A stretch of 64,000 bases of DNA from NCBI GenBank assembly GCA_963514005.1, contig OY740814.1, positions 11,222,001-11,286,000 of the forward strand. Direction: 5' to 3'. This document shows positions 35,546 to 48,012 of the stretch, one piece after another. This DNA comes from Raja brachyura (Eukaryota). A program made the position numbers and the translations under genes. A model generated the notes under the pieces. The model was not told the DNA's origin. It was given only the letters and a program-made list of their open reading frames with translations, and did not search any database. The stretch's first letter is position 1; each line of letters begins with the position of its first letter.

Positions 35546-35739
35546 AGGCTGTTCCTTGCAGTCGGTCAATCAATGTAGGAAAGGATTGCTATGAGAGCTT
35601 TCCTAGTAGAGGATGGTTCTGCTCAGTGCTTGCCAAAGTCTTGAGCATTTTTATGGAGCATGTCTCTTCCAGGCAAGCACAGGAGGACCTCAGTCACACT
35701 TTTCAATCATGTCAAATAATTAACCGGTGCAGGTCTGCG

Positions 35740-36033
35740 CTTTAGAATAAGGGGTGGGCCGTTTAGGACTGAGATGAGGAAAAAATGTTTCTTTTTCAGC
35801 CAGAGAGTTGTGAATCTCTGGAATTCCCTGCCACACAAGGTAATGGAGGCCAATTCACGATATTTTCAAGAGAGAGTTAGATTTAGCTCTTAGGGCTAAT
35901 GGAATCAAGGAATATGGGGAGAAAGCAGGGATAGGCTATTGATTCTGTGATCAGCCGTGATCACATTGAATGGTGATGCTGGCTCAAAGGATGAATGGCC
36001 CACTCTTGCACCTATTTTCTATGTTTCTATGTT
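35740..36033 (+). mobile_element. CR1-type LINE 3' fragment
   Basis: tttaggactgagatgagg...gcacctattttctatgtttctatg. Confidence 0.87.
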
Positions 36034-36326
36034 TTCCAAGGGTCAGCCGGCAGCACTTTGAATGTGAGGCAGATTCCGACAAATGTGAGACACACAGGTG
36101 TAATGCGGGAACTGGTTGTTAGTCACTCCCTTCCCCCACCCCCTCAGGGCTGTTGCACCACTCGGTGACAGTGGCTGGAGTGCCACCTACATCCACATTC
36201 CCACCCACTCTTTATATCTCAGTTCCAAAATTAACATTCACACCACCATCAAGAGCATTTGCAGAAGAGGTGCCGGACTCCCCTCGTCACCTTGGTAGCA
36301 TCTGACCACGTGTGGCATCCTGAAGC

Positions 36327-36680
36327 CGCTGACACAGCGGGTAGAGCTGCTGCCTACCAGCTCCAGGGTGCACGGTTCACTCCTGACCTCGGGGGTGCTG
36401 TCGGCGTGGAGTTTGCACGTTTTCCCTGTGATTGCGTGGGTTTCCACCAAGTGCTCCAGTTTCCTCACACATCCCAAAGACGCGCAGGTCGGTGGGTTAA
36501 TTGGTCCCCTGCAAATTGTCTCCACTGTGTTTGTGAATAGTAGAATCTGGAGAGAGATGATGGGATGCGGGGCTAATAAAATGGCATTGGTGCAGGATCA
36601 GTGTAAATGGGTGGTTGATGATCAGCATTGACTCGATGGGCCAAATGGCCTGTTTCTGCATGGTATGACTGTGATTCTAT
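36327..36680 (+). mobile_element. V-SINE (HE1-like)
   Basis: Head, V-domain and CR1-like tail gggccaaatggcctgtttctgcatgg. Confidence 0.85.
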
Positions 36681-37016
36681 TCTCTGTGCCAAAGGGAAGG
36701 AAACTCCATTAGTTGAAGTCACACCTTGCACCAGGATGATAGCTGTCTTTGCGGAAGGTCTATCGTGCCAACACCTGGTCATCTCCTCCAGGAATAAGTA
36801 CCATAGTGTCCTCGGCCCAATGCTCTTTAGTTGGCCTAATTTCTATTCACACTACTCAGGAAACGAAGCAGTCCACACCTTATGCAATAAGGCAGCCTTC
36901 TACCAGTTGATAAGCAGCAAAATTCATCCCACAAGTGAATTTTAGAAAGAGGAGGTGAGCACATTTAGCGAGACCTAGAATTGACAATGTACCTAGTTGA
37001 ACCTGCAGGCATGGCT

Positions 37017-37310
37017 GGTTTAGTTTAGTTTACAAGGCGGAAACAGGCTCTTTGGTCCACCAAATCCGTGCCAACCAGTGGACCAGTAGGACCCTACCCC
37101 ATGCACACAAGGGACAATTTACAATTTTACCGAAGCCTACAAACCTGTACATCTTCGGCTTGTGGAAGGAACCTAGAGCGCCCGGAGAAAGCCCACACAG
37201 GTTACGGGGAGAATGTACAAACTTTGTACAGACAACGCCCGTGACAGGATCGAAGCTAGGTCTCTGGCGCTGTAAAGCAACAACTCAACCACTGCACCAC
37301 TGTGCCGCCC
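37017..37310 (-). mobile_element. V-SINE (HE1-like)
   Basis: Reverse-complement head ...ccactgtgccgccc and (gttta)n tail. Confidence 0.85.
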
Positions 37311-38152
37311 TCTGCCATGGTTGTCTAGCCCACTGACCTATACCTTGCCAAGGCCAGTCACAGCTCTCGGCGATTGTCTGAAGAAAGGTCATGACCCAAA
37401 AACTCATCAATTTATATCCCTCCACAGATGCTGCCTGACCTTCTGAGTTCCTCCAACAGTTTGCTGGTTGTCTCTCTATCCTGCTTATTTAGATATCCTC
37501 ATTCTTGTGCTTCTCTCAGACGTGTTTCTCTCACTTACCCCTCGAATGGTACGTTGGTGACCTGGTCTACTAACTCTTATTAACCTTATATAACTGAGCA
37601 TGCAAAAACGACAAGGCAGATGCCCCAGCGCATCATTTAATACAACAACTATGCGCAGGTCAACTATGTGCAGGAATGATACTGATTCTTATCTGCTGGT
37701 TTTTGCTTTTACTCAACCAGAGTCACAGCAGATTGGGATTGATGTAATACAGTATTTGCACTGCTGCAAGGGTACGAGACAGGGAGAATGAAATGTTGCA
37801 GGAGAGGATGAAGCATGCAGAGAAGGAGGTAGGGCACTTGGAGTGGGATGGGATGCTGGAAGAGATGGAAGAATGTCCAACCCCACAACGGGGAGACCAC
37901 CTCAACCCAAGAACTCCATGCAAGCCGCCCGTGCGAATCTCAGCCATGCATCCGTAAAGCATCGACGCTTCACAAAAATTATTTCCCAGTGAATAATTCT
38001 CACTGCTGTGATCACAATTCCAAGCTGAAACTGAACGAGATCCACAATGCCATTAGTTCTCAATGTCGCTGCAGCCAGGAAGTGCTAAACATTTGCAAGT
38101 CAACCATTTGCAAGGCTGCCAATGGGAGGGACATTGTTTTACTCACTTCCCG

Positions 38153-38201
38153 ATGGATCAAGCAGAAGCAGGATCAAGCAGGATCAAGCAGACTCAAGCA
38201 G
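38153..38201. repeat. Short tandem repeat (GGATCAAGCA-like units)
   Basis: ggatcaagcagaagcaggatcaagcaggatcaagcagactcaagcag. Confidence 0.8.
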
Positions 38202-38354
38202 AAATTCATTTTCATTGCTTGAGCTAAGCATGCCGTGCAGTCATGGCTGCATACTGCACCTCACCATTGAAACCCACTTCCACTAAAGTCAGCTTCAGAA
38301 CCTCAGAAGTACTGTACAAATCAGCAACCAATTCTATACTGAGGAGAAAAATAA

Positions 38355-38600
38355 GACAATAGACATAGGAGCACTATAGGCCATTTGGCCCATCGAGTCT
38401 ACTCCGCCATTTGATCATGGCTGATCTATTTTTCCCTCTCAACCCCATTCTTCTGCCTTCTCCCCGTAACCTTTGACGCCCTTACTAATCAAGACCTGTC
38501 AATATCCGCTTTAAAATACCCACTGATTTGGCCTCCACAGCCATCTATGGCAATGAATTCCACAGATTCACCACCCTCAGGCTAAAGAAATTCCTCCTTA
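38355..38600 (-). mobile_element. CR1-type LINE 3' fragment
   Basis: ggccatttggcccatcgagtctactccgcc...ttccacagattcaccaccctc. Confidence 0.85.
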
Positions 38601-38673
38601 AACAAGAAATTCAAAAATGTCTGACTTCCCTTCATAACATGTTCTCCACTGTTAAAATACTGACTTTCAAGTG

Positions 38674-38804
38674 GGTGGAAGAATGCAACCCTCACGTGGT
38701 CGACGAATGCAATCAACCCAGCGTGCACAATCAAATAAGATCAAATAGAACAAGTTGTCCTACAACATTAGGCTGTGCGTGCCATACGCAAGAAGAAGAG
38801 GAAG
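38674..38804 (+). mobile_element. ~131-bp SINE-like retroposon with GAA tail, 15-bp TSD
   Basis: TSD actgactttcaagtg at 38659-38673 and 38805-38819. Homologous to 11073-11206. Confidence 0.85.
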
Positions 38805-38961
38805 ACTGACTTTCAAGTGAGTTAATGGTTTGGTGTCTCTCTGCGTGTTCCTTGCTCCGCGATAGAAAAAAGTTATCAAAACAAACCATACTTCGTCATT
38901 GCACAAATACAGTAAATATCCCGTTTTGTAATAATTCCATAAATCAAATTATTGTTCCTGG

Positions 38962-39056
38962 GATAGACTCAAAAAGCTGGAGTAACTCAGCGGGTCAGGC
39001 AGCATCTCTGGAGAAAAGGAATAGGTGACGTTTCGGGTCGAGACCCTTCATCAGGC
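38962..39056 (-). mobile_element. Short Penelope-derived insert with the best-preserved hammerhead core
   Basis: Same family as the inserts above. It ends immediately upstream of the core. Confidence 0.85.
39027..39054 (-). ncRNA. Minimal type I hammerhead ribozyme motif (activity untested)
   Basis: The minus strand reads CUGAUGA-A-GGGU-CUCG-ACCC-GAAA-C-GUC. It has both catalytic boxes, a 4-bp helix II, a loopless palindromic helix III (ACGU) and a GUC cleavage triplet. Confidence 0.65.
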
Positions 39057-40753
39057 ATCGGCATGATGACATCACAGGAAAAACATGCTTCTCTGTAAAC
39101 TTCATGGTCCCGTTCCAAATCCTACACATTCCGCAAGGTAATCCTGGAACCATTTAGCATGCTGACCTTCAGAAGATTAGTGACTCCTCATTAATTACAA
39201 CAAAAGGCACAGAAGATACTCTGTTTATTTTGCGAAATATTCTGCAGTGAGCGTGCGGTGTTGATCCAGTCAAAAAATAAAAACTGCATTAAGACTGATG
39301 TCTCCAATGTTATGAGATGGGATATTAACAACACAGCACAGATCTACACTTCAAATGAATGGTAGGCACAGAGAGCATGGGAAAGGCTGCCTCAAACTGC
39401 ATGTGTTCCACTCACTAGTCATCTTCAGTGCTTTCACAGATTGAGCTGGGGACCGGCCAGATTTTCAGTACAGGAAGCTCTGTCATGACTGAATTACACC
39501 TTTGAAGTGTAAATCGCCAAGATAATTTTTCTTGAGGAAGCATTTCTGTTAAATTCATGCATGAGAAGTGGTTTGACTGGCCACAGATGCACCGAGGAGC
39601 ATGAGATTCATTTATTTAGTCTGCGACTGTAATTTTGATTCAGCTGCTGTTTATATTTGAACTGATCCAATCCAGTACTGCCAAAATACACAGGCAATAA
39701 TGGGGATTTTAAAAATAATCCAGTTTAGTTTAATTTTTACTTTTCTCTCAGACTTCCTCTTTTAAATTTTTCTTGCCTTTTAAATCTCATTATTGGAAGC
39801 TTCAATGTAATTGCTTTGTTAAAAGTTATTCGAAATGATTTGATGGGAGAGTTAATACCTTTGACTTCACAGGAATAAACCTCCCATTAAAATAAATAGG
39901 TTTTAGGGTGAGAGTTTAAAGAGCGACCTCTTCATTCACGACAAATAGATTAATGAACAAGAAATATATCTGCCATGGAGATTCCACATATTTAAAGGGA
40001 CAGTTCTCACTCGGGGGGTGAGTCGGTAGAGTGGAGGACATGTCAGGCTACCATCCATCCTGATCTCGGCAAAGTGGGGTCACCATGTTTTAAGGGATTG
40101 GAATCAAGATGGGTTGTGGCAGTGGAACGGCAAGTAACAGGACCATGAAAGGGCTAGTGCAGGTAAGTGCAGTTGGGTAAGTGATTGAGAGATGGGCCGG
40201 GCAAGTAGCAGCTATCCTGTAGTTGGGCCCCAATTGCCTCAAGGGGATTTGATCCAAGGAAAGGCATCGCTGGACTTCAGCTGGTGTCCTCTACGCCAGC
40301 TACATTCAGAACCCACAGGAAGGCTGCAGCAAACCCCAGGGGCAATGTTAAATGTATAATAAATAAGGAGGCCCTGTTTTCTTTAGCAGAAGGGTCAAAA
40401 ACCAGAGCAGGGACATAGATTTAAAATCATTTGTAGACGTATGGGAGGGGAAAGGATGAGAAGGTTTTTCACCCAGAGCTTGGCAGGCTTCTGGCACTCA
40501 CTGTGTGAAAGGGTAATGGGTGCCGAAACCTCATTGCATTTAAATGGGCTCCAGATAACCGCGTCCTGCAGGGCTACAGACCCAGCGATGCAAGATGAAA
40601 GGGGGCGAGCATCTCCTGGCCAACAAAGACACGATGGGCCGAGTGACCTCCTTCTGTGAGGCAGGGCTTCTGCAAACCCAATGATTAATTGTCTGGTTTC
40701 AGTCAGGCAAGTAAAAACATGCTTGCAGAGTTGACCAAGATGATGAAGGAAGG

Positions 40754-41070
40754 AACAGTGGTGCAGCTAGTAGAGCTACTGCCTCATTGTGACACTGAAT
40801 CCACATCCATCCTTGACCTCGTGCACTGTCTGTGTGGAGTTTGCATGATTTCCCTGTGACCATGTGGATCTTCCCCTGCTGCTCACCTTTCATTCCACAT
40901 CCGATAAATGTGTGGTTTATTAGGTTAAATGGTCACTGTAAATTACTCTTGTGTGCGGGCGCTAATGAGAATGTGAAGAGAATGGAATGGGGTAGGGTAG
41001 GATGAGTGTAAAAATGGATGAAAGGATTGGGTCGGTCGCAGGGCCAGTTTCTATGCTCTTTCTCTGTGTG
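40754..41070 (+). mobile_element. V-SINE (degenerate)
   Basis: V-domain ctgtctgtgtggagtttgcatgatttccctgtgacc. Confidence 0.8.
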
Positions 41071-41206
41071 AATCCATGAAATTATTTAACATTCTCTGCA
41101 AATTCCCTCAAAGTAGAGAGCGATCCATCATCACATAATGTCCAGAGGTCCATTGGTGGGGGCTTTCATCCCACTCCCATGTCGTCTTTCCATCCGAAGA
41201 AGGGTC

Positions 41207-41418
41207 AATAGACAAAGACAATAGGTGCAGGAGTAGGCCATTCGGCCCTTCGAGCCAGCACCGCCATTCAATGCGATCATGGCTGATCATCCCCAATCAG
41301 TTCCCCATTCCTGCCTTCTCCCCATATCCCCTGACTCTGCTATTTTTAAGAGTCCTATGTAGCTCTCTCTTGAAAGCATCCAGAGAACCAGCCTCCACCG
41401 CCCTCTGAGGCAGAGAAT
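41207..41418 (-). mobile_element. CR1-type LINE tail inserted into a Penelope hammerhead stem (host 41193-41206 and 41419-41540)
   Basis: ccgaagaagggtc|caatagac...ggcagagaat|gtcccgacctaaacgttg. Confidence 0.85.
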
Positions 41419-42927
41419 GTCCCGACCCTAAACGTTGTCTGTCCATTCCCCTCCACAGGTGCTGCCTGACTCAACTCGTTGAGTACCTCCAGCACTTTGT
41501 GTTTTTGCTCGAGATTTCAGCATCTGCAGTTTCTCGAATCTCTGGCTTGTTCTTCTGGTTTTATTGCCACCAGGTAGGAATTTCCAGCAGTTCTTCACCA
41601 AGGGTTTTCACGTTCCAGAGTCACTAATCCCCATTGCATGATTTGGGCCACATTCCTCCTGTAACTCGCCCTCACGAGGAGTAACATAAAACACGGCACA
41701 TCAAGCGCATAATTACAAACACAAAAAAATAGGAAAGCCAGATTATTTAACTGACAGATGCCTCATTGGGAAAATGTGATGAATGGGTGTCTGTGCTGCC
41801 TGATGGAATATAACACATCCATGTCTTCTCACTTTTCAAAAGGAGCATATTAAGCCTTTGTGAGGCTTTTGTTGTGTGACTTTGGATCATGAATGGAGCC
41901 ACAGACAAAATGATTTGAGGTTTGCACCAGCTTTATTAGTGATCTAAAAAGCCCTGCTGTGAGCGCGGTGCAAATGGCAGCTTGACTCTCTGTATCACAG
42001 CGCTACCTGAACCAAATGGTAGCGCGGTTAAGACTGGGTGCCAGCAGTCGCAGACATTCGTGGCAGCACCACATCCACCTAACAGGAAACAAGGCGCAGA
42101 TTATTCTAAACTTGTTCCAAAATTCTGTTTCGGAAAAGAAAATGCTAATTTTCCCTTCAGCTTTGAATTTTCTACAGACGCGAGGAGCGATTCGATTGAA
42201 AGCGGATTCCTAAAGTTTTTGTGCACATGAAACCAACCCGCCCCATCTTTGTGATGAAACCGTGACCAGGTGACTTCCAGTTCCCCTGGATTGAACTCCA
42301 CCCAAACACTAGCAGTGGGGTGGAAAGTGACGGGGAACGGCCAAAGCTGTTCCTGAGCGGTGGCGAGTGGTCCCGTGTTCCCTGCTGTTTACACTTTTTA
42401 TAAACAGTTTTATGTGAAATACTTTCAGTGATATAAATTATGTTTATGATACCAAGTTGATACCAAGACATAAACTTCATTCAACGCTCAGGCCTCTTAA
42501 ATAAATGGAGGGGGGGGGGGGGAAGAAATAATGGCAAATGGATTTAATGTACATAATTGTTAAATTGTGCATATTTAAACAGGAATGACAAACATGTATA
42601 TACGATGATAGTGTACCTGTTTGATGATGGCTGTGGTTGCTATCTAAAAGGTTCAATGTGAAGTTAAATAAATATTAAGACCTCGTATGCATAGACGAAG
42701 AGAAAGGCCACCTGTTCTCCCAAAGCCAACCCTGTCCTGGCTTCTATACCAACCATTCACCAGGGTCCACAGGGCTATCCCACACACACCAATGTAAAAT
42801 GCACACATAAGGAAACAGAAGTATTTGGCATACGGCACTCATCACATCTCGTCCATAATGCGGAAATGTGTTCATTGCAAGGAACCCTACGCACATCCTT
42901 CAGGTAACAAACCTGTACACAATAAAA

Positions 42928-43064
42928 GAAGAAGTCTGAAGAAGGGTCTCGACCTGAAACATTACCTATTTCTTCGCTCCATAGATGCTGCCTCACCCGC
43001 TGAGTTTCTCCAGCATTTTTGTCTACCTTTGATTTTTCCAGCATCTGCATTTCTTTCTTAAACA
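42928..43064 (+). mobile_element. Short Penelope-derived insert, 14-bp TSD
   Basis: TSD tgtacacaataaaa at 42914-42927 and 43065-43078. Core CTGAAGAAGGGTCTCGACCTGAAACATT starts at 42936. Confidence 0.88.
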
Positions 43065-43479
43065 TGTACACAATAAAACTTCTGTTTGGATACCTTGGCA
43101 GGACAACAAAAGCAAATAATTGTATCCAAATGGTGAGAGATTGCAGAGGCTTGTGTGCAAATGAAGCAGATGAGGAGGGAAGGTTTTGAAAGTCATTGTC
43201 ATTGGGAGGGGAAAATGAATACAAAGTAGAGAGGTAATGCTTTAGGGATGTGGGGCATTGGTGAGGCCAGATATACAGTACCATGCACATTGTTGGTCCC
43301 TGTATTCAAGGAACTGTGTTCATGTGTTGAAAGCAGATCAGGGAAGGTCTACTGGGCTGAGTAGTTTGCTTTATATGACAAGGTTGAACAGGCTAGGCTG
43401 CAGTTTTAAGAATACAGCAAAACTGTTCCCCAGCAAATGTCATATGAGAACGTATTATCCAACAGTCATATAAATAATA

Positions 43480-43610
43480 TGTTGGAAGGAACTGCAGATC
43501 CTGGTTTGGATTGAAGATGGACACAAAATGCTGGAGTAACTCAGCGGGACAGGCAGCATCTCTGGAGAGAAGGAATGGGTGACGTTTCGGGTCGAGACCA
43601 TTCCTCAGAC
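43480..43610 (-). mobile_element. Short Penelope-derived insert
   Basis: Minus-strand core CTGAGGAATGGTCTCGACCCGAAACGTC at 43581-43608. Confidence 0.85.
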
Positions 43611-43814
43611 ATTTTCTAATAACCAGCCATTCCAAACCATCTTAGAATGCTTTTCTTTCAATACTTTTACCATCTTTTCTTCCACTGTTGCTAAATAACA
43701 GGATCTGATTTCTTTCCCCTTTTAAATATTGTCAAAAACATTTCTCTGTTCAATATATCCAGACCATGAGCAAGTAGTTGTATGAGCACAGGACTTGTTT
43801 AATGCACCACCAAT

Positions 43815-44113
43815 TAATATAGAGAGACAGCGCGGAACAAGGCACTTCTGCCCACCAAGTCCACACCGACCAGCGATCCCCGTACACTAGCATTATCCTA
43901 CACTCTGGGGATAATTTACAATCTTTATCGAAGTCAACTAACCTGCAAACTGTTACACCTTTGGAGTGCGGGAGGAAGCCGGAGCACCCGGAGAAAACCC
44001 ACGCGGTCACACAGAGAACATACAAACGCCATACAGACAGCACCCTGCCAGGATCGAACCTGGGTCTCTGGCACTGTAAGGCAGCAACTCAACCGCTGCG
44101 CCACTGTGCGCCC
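43815..44113 (-). mobile_element. V-SINE (HE1-like)
   Basis: gggaggaagccggagcacccggagaaaacccacgcggtcac...ccgctgcgccactgtgcgccc. Confidence 0.88.
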
Positions 44114-44239
44114 TATTTCACCAAGCCAAGGGAAGTGTTGTCAGTAGAAGCAGACACTTCGGACCTGTGGACTTTCATGGCAGATGACCATTTCTGCAAT
44201 TTATTCCCAAAGAATCAGACCTAGTTATTTTCAAATGTA

Positions 44240-44563
44240 TGTTGGGGGAGTCGAGAAACAGGGGTCGCAGTTTAAGAATATGAGATAGGCCATTTCGGAC
44301 TGAGATGAGGAATAACGTTTTCACCCAGAGGGTTGTGAATCTGTGGAATTCTCTGCCACAGAAAGCAGTGGAAGCCCATTCCTTGGATGTTTTAAAGAGG
44401 GAGTTAGATATAGCTCTTAGGGCTAACGGAATCAAGGGATATGGGGAGAATACAGGAACGGTGTACTGATTTAGGATGATCAGCCATGGCCATATTAAAT
44501 GGCATGCTGGCTCGAAGGGCCGAATGGCCTACTCCTGCACCTATTTTGTATGTTTCTATGTTT
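44240..44563 (+). mobile_element. CR1-type LINE 3' fragment
   Basis: atgttgggggagtcgagaa...gcctactcctgcacctattttgtatgtttctatg. Confidence 0.88.
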
Positions 44564-45300
44564 GGATGTTTCTATGATTTGCTGAGGCAAGTAGCCTTTT
44601 GCAGAAGCCACAGATCAACTTTAGACCAACCTCTTAATCCAAATGCTTTTGAACTGTTTACTGAATATCCTTCCAGCTCTGTTAAGAAAGAAAGAGTTAT
44701 ACTGTAACCAACTCCAGTTTGGTTCTGTCCTATCCATTAATGACTTCTAATGACTCAGTATCATTGTTAGAATCAAGCCAAGCTCTATTGCCTTAAGCAA
44801 ATTCCTGCAATTTCAACATTTTATTCTTAATCTATTTTAGCACTTATTCTCACATGAAAATAAAAATTGTTGAATCAAAGTCAAAATGTTTCATTAAACC
44901 TGTTACAAAGATATCAAGTATTAAATTATTGTTCTTGTCAATGATTTTAATAGCAAGGTCACTGTGAATCCTGAATATGGTTTATTCTTTTGCGAATAGT
45001 CAAACTCTATTATTAAAGTTATTGATCAGAGGTTATTATCGTGCAATTTTGATAATCTTTACTTCGAAAATATCATAATCTGGCAAAATGTAGCCTGGGG
45101 CTAAGCCTTCAGTTTTCAGATTCTTTAAATCCACCTCTCTGATCAATATTTTGTTCACCTGTCCTAGAATTTCCTTCCATGGATGTGTTCCAGATTTTGA
45201 TTGTTAACCTTTTTCCGAAGTGCTTTGAAAACTTTTACAGTTATTGGGGCATTTCTGTTCTACTACAGGTACTGCATAAAATAAAGTTGTCATTCGAAAG

Positions 45301-45358
45301 CAGGGGTTGGCAACCTACGGCCCAAGGGCCGGATCCGGCCCGTAACCCAAAATCATCC
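45301..45358 (+). mobile_element. hAT/Charlie-like terminal fragment
   Basis: caggggttggcaacctacggcccaagggccggatccggccc resembles hAT-Charlie termini. No partner end is seen. Confidence 0.55.
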
Positions 45359-45389
45359 GACTTCTTCTGTAAGGAAGAGGGGGAGAATT

Positions 45390-45675
45390 GTATAGAGTCA
45401 TAGAGTGATACAGCGTGGAAACAGGCCCTTCAGCCCAACTTGCTCATACCGGCCAACATATCCCAGCTACACTAGTGCCACCTGCCTAAGTTTGGCCCAT
45501 ATCCCTCCAAATCTGTCCTATCCATGTACCTGTCTTTTTCTTAAACGTTGGGATAGTCCCTGCCTCAACTACCTCCTCTGGCAGCTTGTTCCATTCACCC
45601 ACCGCCTGTTGTGTGAAAACGCTAACCTTCAGATTCCTCTTAAATCTTTCCCCTTCACCTTAATCTCATGTCTCT
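45390..45675 (-). mobile_element. CR1-type LINE 3' fragment
   Basis: atagagtcatagagtgatacagcgtggaaacaggccc...ctcaactacctcctctggcagc. Confidence 0.85.
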
Positions 45676-45779
45676 TAAGAGGAAAAACAATACGTACAAA
45701 TGCATGGAGATTTTTCTCAGAGATTGGTGGAAGCTGTCCATGTGTTCATATCTTCTTGGATACGAACGTAGCAGACATG

Positions 45780-46970
45780 ATTAACAAGTCTACAGATGAC
45801 ATGTGGGTCAGTGTGTTATGGATATTGAGAAAAGTTATGGCAGGATATAGATCTAAGTCTACAACCAAGATGTAGATCAGATGGAAAGTTGAGCAGGGTA
45901 TTGGCACATGGAATTTGATCCTGATGTGTGCAATGTGATGCATTTTGGGAAGTCAAATGGGGTGGACATGGACAGTAAGTGATAGGACATCAAGGAGTAT
46001 TGATGAACAGAAGGACCTTGGGTTCAAATCCATAGTTCCCTTTAAGTGACTACAGAGGTCTTTAGTCCAGTGAAGAAAGAAGGCACATGGCACAGTTGAC
46101 TTCACAGGTCAGGGCATAGCATACAAAAACTGGGGTGTAATGTTGCAACTTCACATTATTGCAGTTTCATTGTGTGCAGTTCTGGTCGCCAAGCTCGAGG
46201 AAGGATGTAGTTTCACTGGAGAGGGTGCAGAGGAGATGCAGCAGGCTGTTGCCTGGATTGGAGGACTTTAGTTATGGGGATAGGCTGGGCTTGCTTTCCC
46301 TAGAATGAAGGAGGCTTATGCCCCCGTCCCACTTGGGAAACCTGAACGGAAACCTCTGGAGACTTTGCGCCCCACCCAAGGTTATCGTGCGGTTCCCGGA
46401 GGTTTTTGTCCTCCGGCAACCACCTTCGACTAGCATCGCAACCGGCTTCGACTAAAAAGTTACCGATTTTTAAAACGGAAACCACTTTCGACCATTAGGG
46501 AGACTGACAAAAACCTCCGGGGACCTCCGGGAACTGCACAGAAACCTTGGGTGGGGCGCAAAGTCTCCGGAGGTTTCCGTTCAGGTTTCCTAAGTGGGAC
46601 AGGAGCATCAGGGGTAACCTGATAGAGTCATAGATAGAGTAGATAGTCAGGATCGTTTCACCATAGCAGGGGTATCAATAATGAGAGGGCACAGGTTTAA
46701 GCTGAGAGGAAGCAGTTTTAAAAGAAGAGGAGACTTTTTTAATATGGAGAACCATTGTTATCTTCTGTTTATCTCAAAAGACATGGTGGAATCAGATACA
46801 ATCATCATGTTTATAAAGACAATTAGACAGGCACATGAAGAGATCAGGCATAGGAGGATGCACACATAATGTGGGCAAACAGGGATCAGTGTAGGTGGGT
46901 AAAAAGGCTGGAATGAATGTGGTGGGCTGAAGGGTTTATTTCTGTGATGTATAATGCTATGACTCTATTA
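45780..46970 (+). mobile_element. Degenerate CR1-type LINE (RT C-terminus to tail), split by a MITE
   Basis: tgtgcagttctggtcgcc, ctggagagggtgcagaggagat and gaaggaggct[MITE]aggggtaacctgatagag motifs. Confidence 0.8.
46319..46607. mobile_element. MITE, probably PIF/Harbinger-like
   Basis: About 95-bp inverted arms tgcccccgtcccacttgggaaacctgaacggaaacctc / gaggtttccgttcaggtttcctaagtgggacaggagca. Flanks are tta / tca (TNA-type 3-bp site). Confidence 0.85.
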
Positions 46971-47032
46971 GGATCGAACTGCTTATGAATCAATGGTTTG
47001 GGAATTGGGAATACAGGGATGGGAAAGATAGG

Positions 47033-47156
47033 TAGGTGCAGGAAGGAACTACAGATGCTGGTTCAAACCGCAGATAGACACAAAAAGCTGGAGTAACCCA
47101 ACGGGACAGGCAGCATCTCTGGAGAGAAGGAATGGGTGACGTTTCAAAGGTTCTCA
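47033..47156 (-). mobile_element. Short Penelope-derived insert, 14-bp TSD (1 mismatch)
   Basis: atgggaaag(a/g)tagg at 47019-47032 and 47157-47170. Confidence 0.8.
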
Positions 47157-47702
47157 ATGGGAAAGGTAGGGCTGGATGAGGGAAATGCTTATCTCATGCT
47201 TAGTACTAAGGAAAGAACAGACGTGATCGGACATTCTAAGAGCATAAAATGTACATCAGAGGAGGTTTGGAAATGGCAGCAATTTAAGATGCTGGCTCCA
47301 AGTTGCTCCATTCTTGTTGACAAGCACAAGGATATTGCAGACAGGACATTACAAGCGCAACTGATTTACAGAGGCTGTAAAAAATCAATTCAGATTTTCA
47401 TTACACGGAATTCTTGGACTTCTATCTGTGTTTTGTAAATCTTATTCTCCAATTACGTTCACTTTTCCATGGAAACAGGAAGCCAGTAGCCCAGTCTTTC
47501 TCCAGATGTCAGTTGGCTGGTCCCTCCGCAGCTGCCCCAAGCCTATGTCAGTAGAACCACAACAACGCAGGCGAGGAACAATTCCTTCCTTCCCTCACTC
47601 CTCTGCTCATGTTGGTCTTTTCTGACATGGATAGAAACACACACAGCATTCAGCTCTGTTAAAGCCAATCACTGTCGCCCAACATGAGGTTCACTCGCAC
47701 CA

Positions 47703-48012
47703 GGGTGGCACGGTGGTGCAACGGTAGAGCTGCTGCCCTTCTGCACCAGGGTCCCGGGTTCCATCCCAACTACGGGTCCTGTCTGTGTGGAGTTTGTACG
47801 TTCTCCCTGTGACTACGCGGGTTTTCTTCGCGTGCTCCTGTTTCTTCCCACATTCCAAAGGCGTGCAGGTTTTTAGGTTAATTGGCTGCTGTAAATTATC
47901 CCTATTGTGCAGGATAGAACGGGAGATAGTACGGGAGATCATTTCTCGGTGCGGATTCATTGGGCCGAAGGGCCTGTTTCCATGCTGTATCTCTACACTA
48001 AATGAAACTAAA
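47703..48012 (+). mobile_element. V-SINE (HE1-like)
   Basis: Full head, V-domain and tail gggccgaagggcctgtttccatgctgtatctc. Confidence 0.9.
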
